A stretch of 64,000 nucleotides of DNA from Armatimonadota bacterium (GCA_034722055.1 JAYENL010000242.1:64001-128000), one strand, 5' to 3'. Shown: positions 29,201 to 37,818, numbered from the stretch's first letter. The notes: generated by a model not told the origin, from the sequence alone. A program made the numbers and translations.

Positions 29201-31191
29201 GCCCGGCCCTTGATCTCCACGAAGTTGTCGGCCAGCTCCAGATCGTAGAGATCGCGCGGATCGTCGATGGACACCAGGTCCAGCAGCAGACAGGACAGAA
29301 AGCGCGTCTGCTCCACGAGGTTGCTTATCTCCACGTGCTCGATGCGGTCCATCGGCGTGTCAACCCACGGACGCGAATCGTCCACGGTCGCGAAGCCCAG
29401 CCCGGGAATGCCCGCCAGCGTGGCCACCTCATTCGACAGCGCCAGCTTGCCGGCCATGTAGGTCTGCCAGCTCTTGCCCTGAATGGCGTTGATCCCGTCC
29501 ACCAGACGCACCGGAACGCCCAGGGCGGTGGCGATGAGGTCGGAGTACTCCCGGGCCTTCTTGCCGATGTCCGAGAACTTCCACTGGATGCTCTCACTGT
29601 AGTTGTAGAAGTAGGCCTTGTAGAAGATGCCGAAGGTGTCGTTGTGGCTGGACAGATCCACCGAGAACCACAGGTATATCTTCTTCTCGGAGAAGTCCAG
29701 GGTGTCAACGAGGTTCCAGGCCGCCTCCTTCACCCGTGCCAGCATCTGCTTTTTCGTCTCAAGGGGGGCGTCCCGATCCACCTCTCGGGCCTCCCGGAGC
29801 ACCTCCCGCGCACGCTCCACGGCCTGGTCGATCTCCGGACCAACCGCCTCGAACTCCCGCACCAGCTCCTGGCGCTCGGCGAGCTCCTCCTCCGTCAGCC
29901 GATACTCCTCCAGCTTGCCGGCGTTGGGGTCATCGTGCTTGGCCGCACGCACCACCTTCCCGAGCTTGTGTGCGCGCTTGGATGCGTAGGTGACGGCCCT
30001 GTTGATGCGCCCCAGCGCGCGCATGCGCTCGTCTGCCAGCTCCTCGGCCGTCTTCTCCTCCTCCAGCCGGTCGGGATCCTCCCAGACGCGGGCAATGGCG
30101 TCCTCCAGCTCAGCACGGGCGTCACCGACGAGGTTGAACATGATCTCCACGCGCCGCTCGCCATGAGCGCCGCGGATGAACTGGCGGAGGAAGTGCTTGG
30201 TGCCGGCCAGGCCTTCGAAGTGCCCGGAGGTGGCCAGGAACACGACCGTGCGCTTGGGGGGCTGATCCACGAAGGCCTCAGCGAGCTGCATCAGCGCCGC
30301 AATGGAGCAGGCATTCTCGGCGCCGGGGGCCTGGTCGGGCGTCACGGCGATGGAGTCGTAGTAGGCCTGGATGACGACGCGCTGGTTGCTCAGCCGCGGG
30401 TCCGTACCCGGGAGGGTGGCCACCACGTTCTCGCCCTCCACCCGCCGCCACTGCATATCACAGGCGATCCTCACCGGCACCTCGTCGCGGGACATCAGCA
30501 GGCCCATCAGGTAGTCGGCGGCCTCGCGGGCGATCCAGTAGCGGGGGATATCCACGGGGATGGAGAGGAACTTCGCCTCCGCCTCCCCACGGATGGTCTC
30601 CTCCGGTTCGATAAAGAGCACCGCCTTGGTCCCCAGCAGTGGCCCGTTGAACCACTCCGTCTGGCAGTTGAAGTCCACCATGGTGATGGAGTCGGTGACC
30701 TCCAGCCCGTTGAAGGCCCGCAGGTTGCCGGGACCGGCGTAGATGAGGTTTCCCTCGATGCCCCCGGTCGGGGTCTGGGGCGGGCGCACCAGGTTGGGCC
30801 ATATCGGCAGCATCCCGAAGCTGGTGCCGTCGTCAGCAACGGTGATGGAGGCGTAGCGCCCCTGCTCGTCGGGCTCGGCCATGGGTATGACCAGGGGGAA
30901 GCTCTCGAGGTGCACGTCCTCCAGGCCCAGCGCCCGGAACTGCTCGGCGATCGTCCGGGCGGCCTTCTTGCAGCCGTCGTAGCCGGTCACGCGCGACTGC
31001 AGGGCCTCGAAGTCCGCGATGAGCTGGCGCATGTGCTGCTCATCGACGCCGGAGGCCGCCATCTCGTAGTCGGTATCCGACTCGAGGACGATCTCCTCCT
31101 CGTGGCCGCCCTGCCCCCATACGGGGGCTGCGGCGACGGCAAGCGCCATGATGCATGTCGGCCAGACTATCGCCCTCAGTGGACGAAGCAC
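26233..31191 (-). CDS. Giant FtsX-like ABC permease with N-terminal PA + degenerate M28 peptidase domain
   Basis: Signal peptide; PA domain (GNLIYAG); M28 fold motifs VVIQAYYDS / PGAEN / SGHFEGLAG / GIP / DTPMD; MacB-like SNMRRRKIRTLLT; FtsX motif NTMLGSVYERTNEIHIYSSLGL. Confidence 0.85.
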   Translation of the reverse strand: MLRPLRAIVWPTCIMALAVAAAPVWGQGGHEEEIVLESDTDYEMAASGVDEQHMRQLIADFEALQSRVTGYDGCKKAARTIAEQFRALGLEDVHLESFPLVIPMAEPDEQGRYASITVADDGTSFGMLPIWPNLVRPPQTPTGGIEGNLIYAGPGNLRAFNGLEVTDSITMVDFNCQTEWFNGPLLGTKAVLFIEPEETIRGEAEAKFLSIPVDIPRYWIAREAADYLMGLLMSRDEVPVRIACDMQWRRVEGENVVATLPGTDPRLSNQRVVIQAYYDSIAVTPDQAPGAENACSIAALMQLAEAFVDQPPKRTVVFLATSGHFEGLAGTKHFLRQFIRGAHGERRVEIMFNLVGDARAELEDAIARVWEDPDRLEEEKTAEELADERMRALGRINRAVTYASKRAHKLGKVVRAAKHDDPNAGKLEEYRLTEEELAERQELVREFEAVGPEIDQAVERAREVLREAREVDRDAPLETKKQMLARVKEAAWNLVDTLDFSEKKIYLWFSVDLSSHNDTFGIFYKAYFYNYSESIQWKFSDIGKKAREYSDLIATALGVPVRLVDGINAIQGKSWQTYMAGKLALSNEVATLAGIPGLGFATVDDSRPWVDTPMDRIEHVEISNLVEQTRFLSCLLLDLVSIDDPRDLYDLELADNFVEIKGRAVQFNPRESLFPDDPLPGAVAVARTGSKTSMGVRSEIFDIVDEDGRFYLPGLPNSRARGGTITVEAYLLDEEDGRVRMAPDLGVTGAEAYPNKVAMDQEVKPVTVVMFDCKPVAIFDMVDQRFFQLLRELHVYDAQTDAAPYEYGYCLPLPPQQFTSSYEPVAVVFAPSGTKVKITMGASLLGLRFLLINPTELEELGEGYLVDRHPSLHATPYRVAMDMWQLDDNRMAKLSKHGITNARVERAHAEALEYLKLSQQYLRERKYDEFFTAARSAWSYESRAYPDVRKTADDVVKGVLFYLALLMPFGVFAERLFLAAREIKGQILGTVAFFVGIFILIGLVHPAFAITFTPMIILLAFIILALTIIVVGIVVQKFEEQMREMRWEQTGVREADVGRLSASAAAFGLGISNMRRRKIRTLLTCTTLVLLTFTVLSTTSIKQTIRTNRIRLPHTAAYNGIMIREKTWTPIGQPTTRVMRNEFGDEYSVAPRAWYFSSRVGEQSFVNVSRAGDSYSATAMVGLTPEEAMISEPQRALDEGGRWFTEDDTLACIVPQEMAEKLNIQPQDVGNVFVSVFGTRLRVLGIIDSDRFKRIEDLDGEQITPVDYLLMQEQQAQRQSMQAGEDQMSEDELREYIHLTPDAVLIVPYNFVVNAGGTLRSVAIGIPDAESVLTHLENLMSRVELNLYAGVDDQTYLCSAVGTTGVQGASDVLIPVLIAALIVLNTMLGSVYERTNEIHIYSSLGLAPTHIAALFVAEASVYAVLGAVAGYLVGQASAKVLLMTGALGGLYLNYSSLAAVGSTLMIMVTVLLSVIYPARVASNIAMPGIERRWTLPEPVDDVMRMNLPFTVTGDQALGVNVFLLDYLGAHADYSLGNFSTGDLGLDAEEFELGEGFALSVMVWLAPYDLGVSEHLTIETVPTEDAEIFQIRAVIRRESGDEASWIRVTRNFINLLRKQYLLWRTLPSPVKGDFGARGRAILAGEEDLQQTAQ

Positions 31192-31273
31192 GTTTCCCTC
31201 ACCGCCTCTGGAGAGATAGGAAGACCCGGCGGCCGAAGCACAGCCCGACAGAGACAGAGCTGGCGCGCGACAC

Positions 31274-31298
31274 TTCGCCGCGCGCCAGCCTTACGCCT
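31274..31298 (-). promoter_or_regulatory. AGG-N19-GAA (sigma-H-like) promoter motif
   Basis: Minus strand gcAGGCGTAAGGCTGGCGCGCGGCGAA, about 83 nt upstream of the 1652-aa gene. Confidence 0.55.
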
Positions 31299-31382
31299 GC
31301 CCCGCTGCGCGCAGCGCCGCCGACCGCCCGCTCGGGCGGTAGCATTCCGGCGGCCCGCCGCTGCCGGCCTGCGTCCCAGCGG

Positions 31383-32291
31383 CTACTCGCCGTGCTCCGG
31401 CGCCGACTCGCTACCCAGAGTGCCGACGTCCAGGTCCAGGTCGGCGCGGTTCTCGATGCGCTCCACCTGCCCGTCGCGCACGTGCACGACGCGGTCGGAC
31501 ACGTCAATCATCTTCAGGTCGTGCGTCGCCGAGATGAGGGTGACGCCGCTCTCCTGGTTGAGCTCCTTGAGCAGATCGATGATCTCCTTGCCGGTCTGCA
31601 GGTCCAGGTTCCCGGTGGGCTCGTCGGCCAGGATGATGGCCGGGTTGTTGGCCAGCGCCCGCGCCACTGCTACACGCTGCTGCTGTCCCCCGGACAGCTC
31701 GTAGGGCTTGTGGTGCAGGCGCTCGCCCAGACCGACCAGGTCCAGCAGCATAGCGCCGCGATCCATCATGTCGTCGCTGCTCATGCCTGCGAAGATCATG
31801 GGCAGCGTCACGTTCTCCAGCGCCGTCATGACCGGGATGAGGTTGAAGGTCTGGAAGATGTAGCCGATCTTCCGGCAGCGCAGCCACGCCAGCTCAAAGG
31901 CGTCGAGCTGCGCCATGTCAACCTCCTCGATGAAGCACGTGCCCTTGGTGGGCTTGTCCAGCCCGCCCACCATGTTGAACAGGGTGGTCTTTCCCGACCC
32001 GGAGGGGCCCATGATGGAGAGGTACTCCCCCCGGCGCACGTTCAGCTCCACGCCCTTCAGCGCGGGCACCTCCACCTCTCCCATCTGGTAGACCTTGTGG
32101 AGGTCCTTGGTGCGCACGATGAACTCGTGGGTGGTCACCGAGTCGTCGCGCGCCACGTCGCGCAGCCGCTCGCGGCGATGGCCCAGCTCCTCCATGACTT
32201 CCCGCAGGTCAGCGCCGCACTCCGGGCACACAGTGACAAGCCCGGTGGTCTCTATGACATGACCGCATTCGGGGCATTCGATCTCCGCCAT
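31383..32291 (-). CDS. LolD/MacB-type ABC ATPase with N-terminal zinc ribbon
   Basis: CPECG-x9-CPECG N-terminus; GPSGSGKTT, IGYIFQTFNL, LSGGQQQRVAVARAL, ILADEPTGNLD, ATHD. Confidence 0.93.
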   Translation of the reverse strand: MAEIECPECGHVIETTGLVTVCPECGADLREVMEELGHRRERLRDVARDDSVTTHEFIVRTKDLHKVYQMGEVEVPALKGVELNVRRGEYLSIMGPSGSGKTTLFNMVGGLDKPTKGTCFIEEVDMAQLDAFELAWLRCRKIGYIFQTFNLIPVMTALENVTLPMIFAGMSSDDMMDRGAMLLDLVGLGERLHHKPYELSGGQQQRVAVARALANNPAIILADEPTGNLDLQTGKEIIDLLKELNQESGVTLISATHDLKMIDVSDRVVHVRDGQVERIENRADLDLDVGTLGSESAPEHGE

Positions 32292-32343
32292 TGTCCGCTC
32301 TCCTCACTGCCGGCGGTCGTCGCCGGCCGATGATGAATGGTAT

Positions 32344-33060
32344 TCAGATCTCTGTCTGCAGCGCGGCCGCCGGGCGCATTCGTGCGGCCCGCACCGCCGG
32401 CGGCACCGCCGCCAATAGCGACAGGAAGGTGCCTATGATCACCGCGACGCCGATGTACTCCAGCATCTGGCCCCAATCCATCCACGCCGCCACATCCGAC
32501 TGCTTGGTCAGGTAGACCAGCAGCATCACGCCGTGCCCCACAAGGGCACCGGCGATCGAGCCCAACAGCCCCAGCACCGCTGACTCTATCAAAAACAGCC
32601 GCACAATGAACTCGTCCAGCGCCCCCAGGCACTTCATCGTCCCGATCTCACGGAACCGCTCCGTCACCGACATCAGCATGGAGTTGGTGATCCCCACCGC
32701 CGAGACCAGCAGGGACATCACCACCAGCCACGTCTGCCGGGCCGCCCGCGCCTGCTCCTCCAGCTTGGCCTCCTCCGCCCCGGGCGCCAGCTCCGTCTCC
32801 TCCTGGGTGATAGCCCGGGCCCTCTGCGCCTCGGACTGCGCCATCCCGTCCTGGGCCACCTTCGCCGTCCACACCGAGACCAGGAAGGCGATGCCCAACA
32901 CCACCCCTGCGCCGGTGATCAGCGCCCGGCCCAGGCGCATGGTGACATTCCGGTAGCTGATGCGCGCAGCCTCGGCCCACGGCAACGATATCTGCCGCTG
33001 CACCTCACCCCAGTCGCTCTCACCATCGTACATCCTTCTCGCAAGCTCGGGTTTGATCAT
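32344..33060 (-). CDS. Small FtsX-family ABC permease (almost no extracytoplasmic domain)
   Basis: GITNSMLMSVTERFREIGTMKCLGA...FLIESAV...PAVRAARMRPAAAL; start at 33060 or 33033. Confidence 0.9.
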   Translation of the reverse strand: MIKPELARRMYDGESDWGEVQRQISLPWAEAARISYRNVTMRLGRALITGAGVVLGIAFLVSVWTAKVAQDGMAQSEAQRARAITQEETELAPGAEEAKLEEQARAARQTWLVVMSLLVSAVGITNSMLMSVTERFREIGTMKCLGALDEFIVRLFLIESAVLGLLGSIAGALVGHGVMLLVYLTKQSDVAAWMDWGQMLEYIGVAVIIGTFLSLLAAVPPAVRAARMRPAAALQTEI

Positions 33061-33193
33061 CGCTGGCCCCGTTCCGTCCTTTCCACGAGGCGGGCCCGGT
33101 CTCTCTTGCGAGGCCCGCGGCGCCATTCGGCGTGAGATGACACGGCTGCTGCCTGCGGCCGAGCGGAACCCGACCGCCGCACGGAGCTGTAGT

Positions 33194-33218
33194 TTCCCCT
33201 GCTCCGCAGTTATCTCCT
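33194..33218 (-). promoter_or_regulatory. AGG-N19-GAA (sigma-H-like) promoter motif
   Basis: Minus strand AGGAGATAACTGCGGAGCAGGGGAA, about 134 nt upstream of the small FtsX permease. Confidence 0.55.
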
Positions 33219-33338
33219 CCCCACCATCGAACAATTCCCTCGATGGCCCCGAAGCAGGTGGATGATGCAGAGCCGACCGCTCTCGGTCGTTCGCACCTGC
33301 ACCCCGCCCCGTCACTTCGCCGGCTGTTCGCCGAGGCG

Positions 33339-33367
33339 TTGACGTCAGCGGTCCGCGTCGGTACAAT
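33339..33367 (+). promoter_or_regulatory. sigma-A promoter of lepB
   Basis: TTGACG-N17-TACAAT. Confidence 0.8.
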
Positions 33368-33439
33368 GCCCCCGCTCGTCACGCCCCGGCCCGCTTCACC
33401 ACTCCGTCCCGCCACGCGGAGCCGAGCGGAGGATAGACC

Positions 33440-33991
33440 ATGCCCGATGCCGCCAGCTCATCCCCCCGCGGCCGCGCCTGGCGCATCGCCATGCGCGTGA
33501 TCGTTCCGGTGGTCTTCGCCGCCGCCCTGTGGTATCTTTTCACCGAGGTGGTGCGCTTCGGCTATGTGGTGAGCTCGTCCATGGAGCCCACACTGCAGGT
33601 CGGCGACTACTACACCCTCCGCGTGGACGCCTACGACGGCAACAACAGCCCGCAACGCGGCGAAATCGTTGTGTACAGCGGTCCCGATGGGGCGCCCTAT
33701 GTCAAGCGCGTCATCGGCCTCGGCGGCGAGATGATCGAGGTCTGGTTCGGACACGTCCTGGTCAATGGTCAGCGCCTGCGAGAACCCTACGTCACTGGCG
33801 TCCCTGTGATGGAGCCCCCGCGGCGAGCATATGTTCCGCCGGGCACTGTCTTCGTGTTAGGCGACAACCGCGAGATGAGCGAGGACAGCCGCGACTACGG
33901 CCCGGTCCCCGTGGATCGGCTCATGGGACGGGTTACCAAGATCGTCTGGCCGCGCCAGCGCGTCCGCGCCCTCAAACCGACCCAGTACTAA
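33440..33991 (+). CDS. lepB: Signal peptidase I
   Basis: SSMEPTL (catalytic Ser), YVKRVIG (Lys), FVLGDNR..SEDSRDYG; GGAGG SD. Confidence 0.95.
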   Translation: MPDAASSSPRGRAWRIAMRVIVPVVFAAALWYLFTEVVRFGYVVSSSMEPTLQVGDYYTLRVDAYDGNNSPQRGEIVVYSGPDGAPYVKRVIGLGGEMIEVWFGHVLVNGQRLREPYVTGVPVMEPPRRAYVPPGTVFVLGDNREMSEDSRDYGPVPVDRLMGRVTKIVWPRQRVRALKPTQY

Positions 33992-34037
33992 TGGCCGCTG
34001 TTCCCTATGCTTAGCGTAGTGCACCGCTTACCGATTG

Positions 34038-35363
34038 TCAAGCGCCCTCCTCGTCCTCCTGTGTGCCGGCCTCCAGCAGCGCCTCAGCAGCACTCAGACG
34101 CCCGCTGAGCGTCCACCTGAGAGCCTGTCCCAGCCGCTGCCGAACCGGCTTCCACTCCCCCAGCGGCAGGCCCGCAGCGCCTGGAAGCGTCGCCACGTGT
34201 CCCGCCCACCGCGGGTCGTCCGCGAACTGCCGTCGGTGCCGGCTGATGGCGGGGACACCATAGAGCGCCGCCAGCGTCCGCTGGCACTCCCCTCCGGCTA
34301 TGAAGCGCAGAAAGCGACCGGCCACGTGGGGCCGATCGGTGTCCGCGAAGGTCACCAGCCACTCCACCTGCACCTGACCCGAGCCATCCTCCGCCAGCGG
34401 CAAGGGCGCCACCGCCCATGGCAGGGGAGGAGGCGGCTCGGGCTTCTCCTCCGCCTCAGCGGCCGCCGCCAGCCGATCCCGCTCGGCGTCCTTCTCCTCC
34501 AGTATCCGCGCTGCCCACGGGCGTGCAATCAGCAGCCCCAGCCGACCGTCGGCAAACAGCTCCACCAGCTCCGTCTCGCTCCAGGTCAGCACCTCCGGCT
34601 GCACAGCGCCCCGCGACTGCAGGTCCACGAGAAGGTCGATTCCCGGCAGGTAGCGGGCGTCGCCCTCCACATCCTCGGCCGGTCCCTGCGCCCAGGTCAG
34701 CGCGTGCACCAGCTCCTCACAGCCCCGGCCGGGCGCCGGCACCCCCAAGCCGAAACGCCCCGGAGGGTCCGCCAGCTCGTCGGCACATGTCACCAGCTCG
34801 GCGGGCGTCGCCGGGACCTCCAGCTCCGCCTCCTCCAGCAGGTCCGGACGGTAGTACAGCGCCAGCGTCGAGACCGTCCACGGCACCCCGCGCAGCGCGC
34901 CGCCGGCACGGTCCACCACTGAGCTCTCGCACTGACGCCGGAGCCTCAGCACCAGGTCCCGGGGCAGCGGCATCAGCTCGTTGCGGTGCTCCCAGGCCCA
35001 CAGGTCGGGCAGCACAGTAACGTCCGGAGCGTGGGAGCGGTAGCTGCCCAGCCATCGCCGCACATACTCTCCGGCCAGCTCGGCGTCCTGCCACTCCAGG
35101 GCGATGACCACATCCGGATTGGCGCGCTGGAAGCTGAAGACAAGCTGCTTGAGGGCCTCCCTCTCGCCGGGCACGTGGGTCCGCCACAGGCACACCTGCA
35201 GATTGGTGCGCGGCTGCTGGCGGCCCTCCCCTTCGGCATCAGCGGGCGGCAACCACGCCACCAGCGCCAGGACACACACAGATGTGGCCGCGACGAGAGC
35301 GCCGCGGCCACGGTGAGACAGCGGAACGCGATCTGCCGTGCGACCTACACCCAATCGGCCCAC
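34038..35363 (-). CDS. Extracellular solute-binding protein (sugar-type), no cognate permeases nearby
   Basis: FQRANPDVVI, APDV, GVPW...LALYYRPDLLEEA..PATPAEL, LFADGRLG; the start codon is uncertain. Confidence 0.75.
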   Translation of the reverse strand: MGRLGVGRTADRVPLSHRGRGALVAATSVCVLALVAWLPPADAEGEGRQQPRTNLQVCLWRTHVPGEREALKQLVFSFQRANPDVVIALEWQDAELAGEYVRRWLGSYRSHAPDVTVLPDLWAWEHRNELMPLPRDLVLRLRRQCESSVVDRAGGALRGVPWTVSTLALYYRPDLLEEAELEVPATPAELVTCADELADPPGRFGLGVPAPGRGCEELVHALTWAQGPAEDVEGDARYLPGIDLLVDLQSRGAVQPEVLTWSETELVELFADGRLGLLIARPWAARILEEKDAERDRLAAAAEAEEKPEPPPPLPWAVAPLPLAEDGSGQVQVEWLVTFADTDRPHVAGRFLRFIAGGECQRTLAALYGVPAISRHRRQFADDPRWAGHVATLPGAAGLPLGEWKPVRQRLGQALRWTLSGRLSAAEALLEAGTQEDEEGA

Positions 35364-35364
35364 C

Positions 35365-37227
35365 TCACGGCCTGACCTCGCGGATGGTGAGGCCGATGGT
35401 GACCTTGACCTTCATGGGCTCCTGCTGCTGGGCCTGGCCCATGCCACCCATGCCCGCACCGCCGGGCATGCCAAACATCTCTCCCGGCATGCCGCCCATG
35501 CCCATCTCACCGGGCATCTGCATCATCCCGGCCTCTCCGGGCATCCCGGGCATCCCGGGCATACCGGGCTGGGCCATTCCGGGCTCCCCCGGCATCATGC
35601 CACCCTCCATCCCTGGGGGCATCATTGCTCCAGGGCCCATCGGCTCCATGGGCATGCCGCCCAGGCCTGGGCCCATGCCCATCTCACCCATGCCCGCAGC
35701 GGCCCGCTGGACCTCAAAGCTGTGGGTGATGGTGTCCACGACGCGCACCGGACGGTCGAGCTGGTAGGCCCACCAGGTAATGCGCTCGCCAGTGTAGGAG
35801 GTGTCCACCTCGGCGCTGGCGCCACCGCCCATGCCGCCCATGCCCGGCCCCGCGCCCATGCCGGCGGCCATCTCGTCGCCGAACGCCATACCGCCACCCA
35901 TCTCAGGCGGCATGCCGCCCATCATCTCGCCCGGCATGCCACCCATCATCTCACCGGGCATACCGCCGAAGGGCTCGCCGCCGAGAACTCCGCCACCGCC
36001 CGCGGCCCCGCCGCCGGGGATGGTGATGGTGTCATCGTCCACGCTGTAGGTGCTGCGGATGCGCACGGTGGGCTGGTCCGCGACCCACTCGAAGCCCTCA
36101 ACGGTGTGCTTGGCGCGGACCGTCCTGGTCTCCAGCTCGTCAAGGGGGCTGCCGGGCCCGGCTGCCGCGCCCATGCCCTCAGCGCCCATGCCCGGCTCTC
36201 CGGGCATGCCCATCATGCCAGCCTCTCCGGGCATGCCGCCGGGGACCATCCCTGGGCCCATGGCTTCGGGCCCCATGCCTCCCGGTTCCATGCCGCCCAT
36301 AGGTCCCATTCCGGGCCCCATTGCTCCCGCCTCGCCCATCCCGCCAGCGGCGCCCGTCACGGTTCCCCTGAGAGGATCGGGGAAGATGGTCATGCTCCCC
36401 TCCCAGGAGTCGCCCACCCGCACCGGGCGGTCGGGAAGCGGCACGAGCATCTCCGCCAGCTCGAAGCGCGGCTCATCATCGTGCTTGAGTTGCATCTCGC
36501 CCTCAGCCAGCGCGAGGTAAGTTGTGTACATCTGGTTGAGACCTCTCGCCTTCAGAGCATCCACGTGCCTCAGGGTCGAAACGTCGCCCGTCCCATACTG
36601 GGTGCCCGCGCGGCCCGCCACCACGTGCAGCACGGCGTGGCCGGCGGCGATGCTGGGGCTCATGACCTTGTTCTTCCAGTTGGCCACCAGGGCCCCATTG
36701 TACTCCTTGGCCAGGGTGTAGACGTCCTCGGCGTCCTCCTCCTCGGGGTCCGGCTTCATGTCCCACCGGCCCTCGGCCCGGTAGTGGACCTCCGCATTGC
36801 GGGTGTACCACAGCCGCAACGGGACCCGGCTGGGGGCCTCGGAGGCCGCCATGGCGTTCTTGAGGGTCACGGTGATGGAGGCCTCCCCCACCTTCCTGCC
36901 GCTGGGGTTGAGGGCCACCGCGGTGAGGGTGTACTGGCCGTCGGGGTAGAGGTCCTTGCCGTCCTCGTCGCGGTCGCGGGTGTTCCAGACGTAGCTGAAC
37001 GGGGAGGTGACAGCGGTCACGAACTCCCCCTCGCCGCCCCGTTCCACCTTGTAGGAGATCCAGCCGTCGTCAGGATTGGGCTTGGTGGCCCGCAGCCTGA
37101 CCATATCTCGAACGGTGTCCCCGTCCTCTGGGGTGATAAACCGCACTCCCTGGGCCTGAGCCGTCAGGCACAGGCCCACCAGGATGATGGCAAGCAGGGC
37201 AGTCAGGACAGGTGTGTGCCGTCGCAT
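35365..37227 (-). CDS. Secreted protein with Ig-like domain and three Met/Gly/Pro-rich low-complexity inserts
   Basis: Signal peptide MRRHTPVLTALLAIILVGLCLTAQA; Ig-like PFSYVWNT...DGQYTLTAVA; LPDRPVRVGDSW; GGMPGEMM repeats. Confidence 0.8.
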   Translation of the reverse strand: MRRHTPVLTALLAIILVGLCLTAQAQGVRFITPEDGDTVRDMVRLRATKPNPDDGWISYKVERGGEGEFVTAVTSPFSYVWNTRDRDEDGKDLYPDGQYTLTAVALNPSGRKVGEASITVTLKNAMAASEAPSRVPLRLWYTRNAEVHYRAEGRWDMKPDPEEEDAEDVYTLAKEYNGALVANWKNKVMSPSIAAGHAVLHVVAGRAGTQYGTGDVSTLRHVDALKARGLNQMYTTYLALAEGEMQLKHDDEPRFELAEMLVPLPDRPVRVGDSWEGSMTIFPDPLRGTVTGAAGGMGEAGAMGPGMGPMGGMEPGGMGPEAMGPGMVPGGMPGEAGMMGMPGEPGMGAEGMGAAAGPGSPLDELETRTVRAKHTVEGFEWVADQPTVRIRSTYSVDDDTITIPGGGAAGGGGVLGGEPFGGMPGEMMGGMPGEMMGGMPPEMGGGMAFGDEMAAGMGAGPGMGGMGGGASAEVDTSYTGERITWWAYQLDRPVRVVDTITHSFEVQRAAAGMGEMGMGPGLGGMPMEPMGPGAMMPPGMEGGMMPGEPGMAQPGMPGMPGMPGEAGMMQMPGEMGMGGMPGEMFGMPGGAGMGGMGQAQQQEPMKVKVTIGLTIREVRP

Positions 37228-37279
37228 CGCCCTTCCCCTTTCAACGACCCGTCGAAGCTCATATGCTCCGCCTCCAGCC

Positions 37280-37792
37280 TCAGGCGGGCGGACCTCCACC
37301 CGCCTGGCCGGCCAGCGCATCGAACACCGGCTTGAGCTGCCGGTAGCTGTCGTCGAGGCTCTGGGGCACCACCCGCGTCTCGGCCACCGCCGTCATGTAG
37401 TTCGTGTCCCCGTTCCACCGCGGCACCACATGCATGTGCAGGTGATCCGAGATTCCGGCCCCGGCCACCTGCCCCAGGTTCATCCCGATATTCAAGCCCT
37501 CCCAGTAGAGGACCTCCTTGAGGGCCCGGGCACATAGCCCGGTGAGCTGCCACAGCTCCGCCGATGTCTCCGGTGACAGCTCCTCGAGCATGGCCACATG
37601 CAGGTTGGGCACGACCATCAGGTGCCCGCTGTTGTACGGGTAACTGTTCAGCAGGACAGCGTTCTGCTCGCCCCGATACAGAACGTGGTTGGCATCGTCG
37701 TCGTCCGACTCGATCTTATGACAGAAGACGCATCCGGAGGGCCGCTCACCGGTGACATAGCCGATCCGCCACGGTGCCCACATTCTCTCCAA
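37280..37792 (-). CDS. HIT-family protein (Ap4A phosphorylase/hydrolase-like)
   Basis: ERMWAPWR, CVFC, LNSYPYNSGHLMVVP, HLHMHVVPRWNGDTN. TTG start at 37792, 8 nt after AAGGAGG. Confidence 0.92.
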   Translation of the reverse strand: MERMWAPWRIGYVTGERPSGCVFCHKIESDDDDANHVLYRGEQNAVLLNSYPYNSGHLMVVPNLHVAMLEELSPETSAELWQLTGLCARALKEVLYWEGLNIGMNLGQVAGAGISDHLHMHVVPRWNGDTNYMTAVAETRVVPQSLDDSYRQLKPVFDALAGQAGGGPPA

Positions 37793-37818
37793 AGGCGATG
37801 CCTCCTTTTCCACCGAGA

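Noticed and set aside
35430..36350. Repetitive DNA as a possible CRISPR or VNTR array
   Set aside because: In-frame codon repeats of the Met/Gly/Pro-rich protein; no constant repeat-spacer structure and no cas genes.
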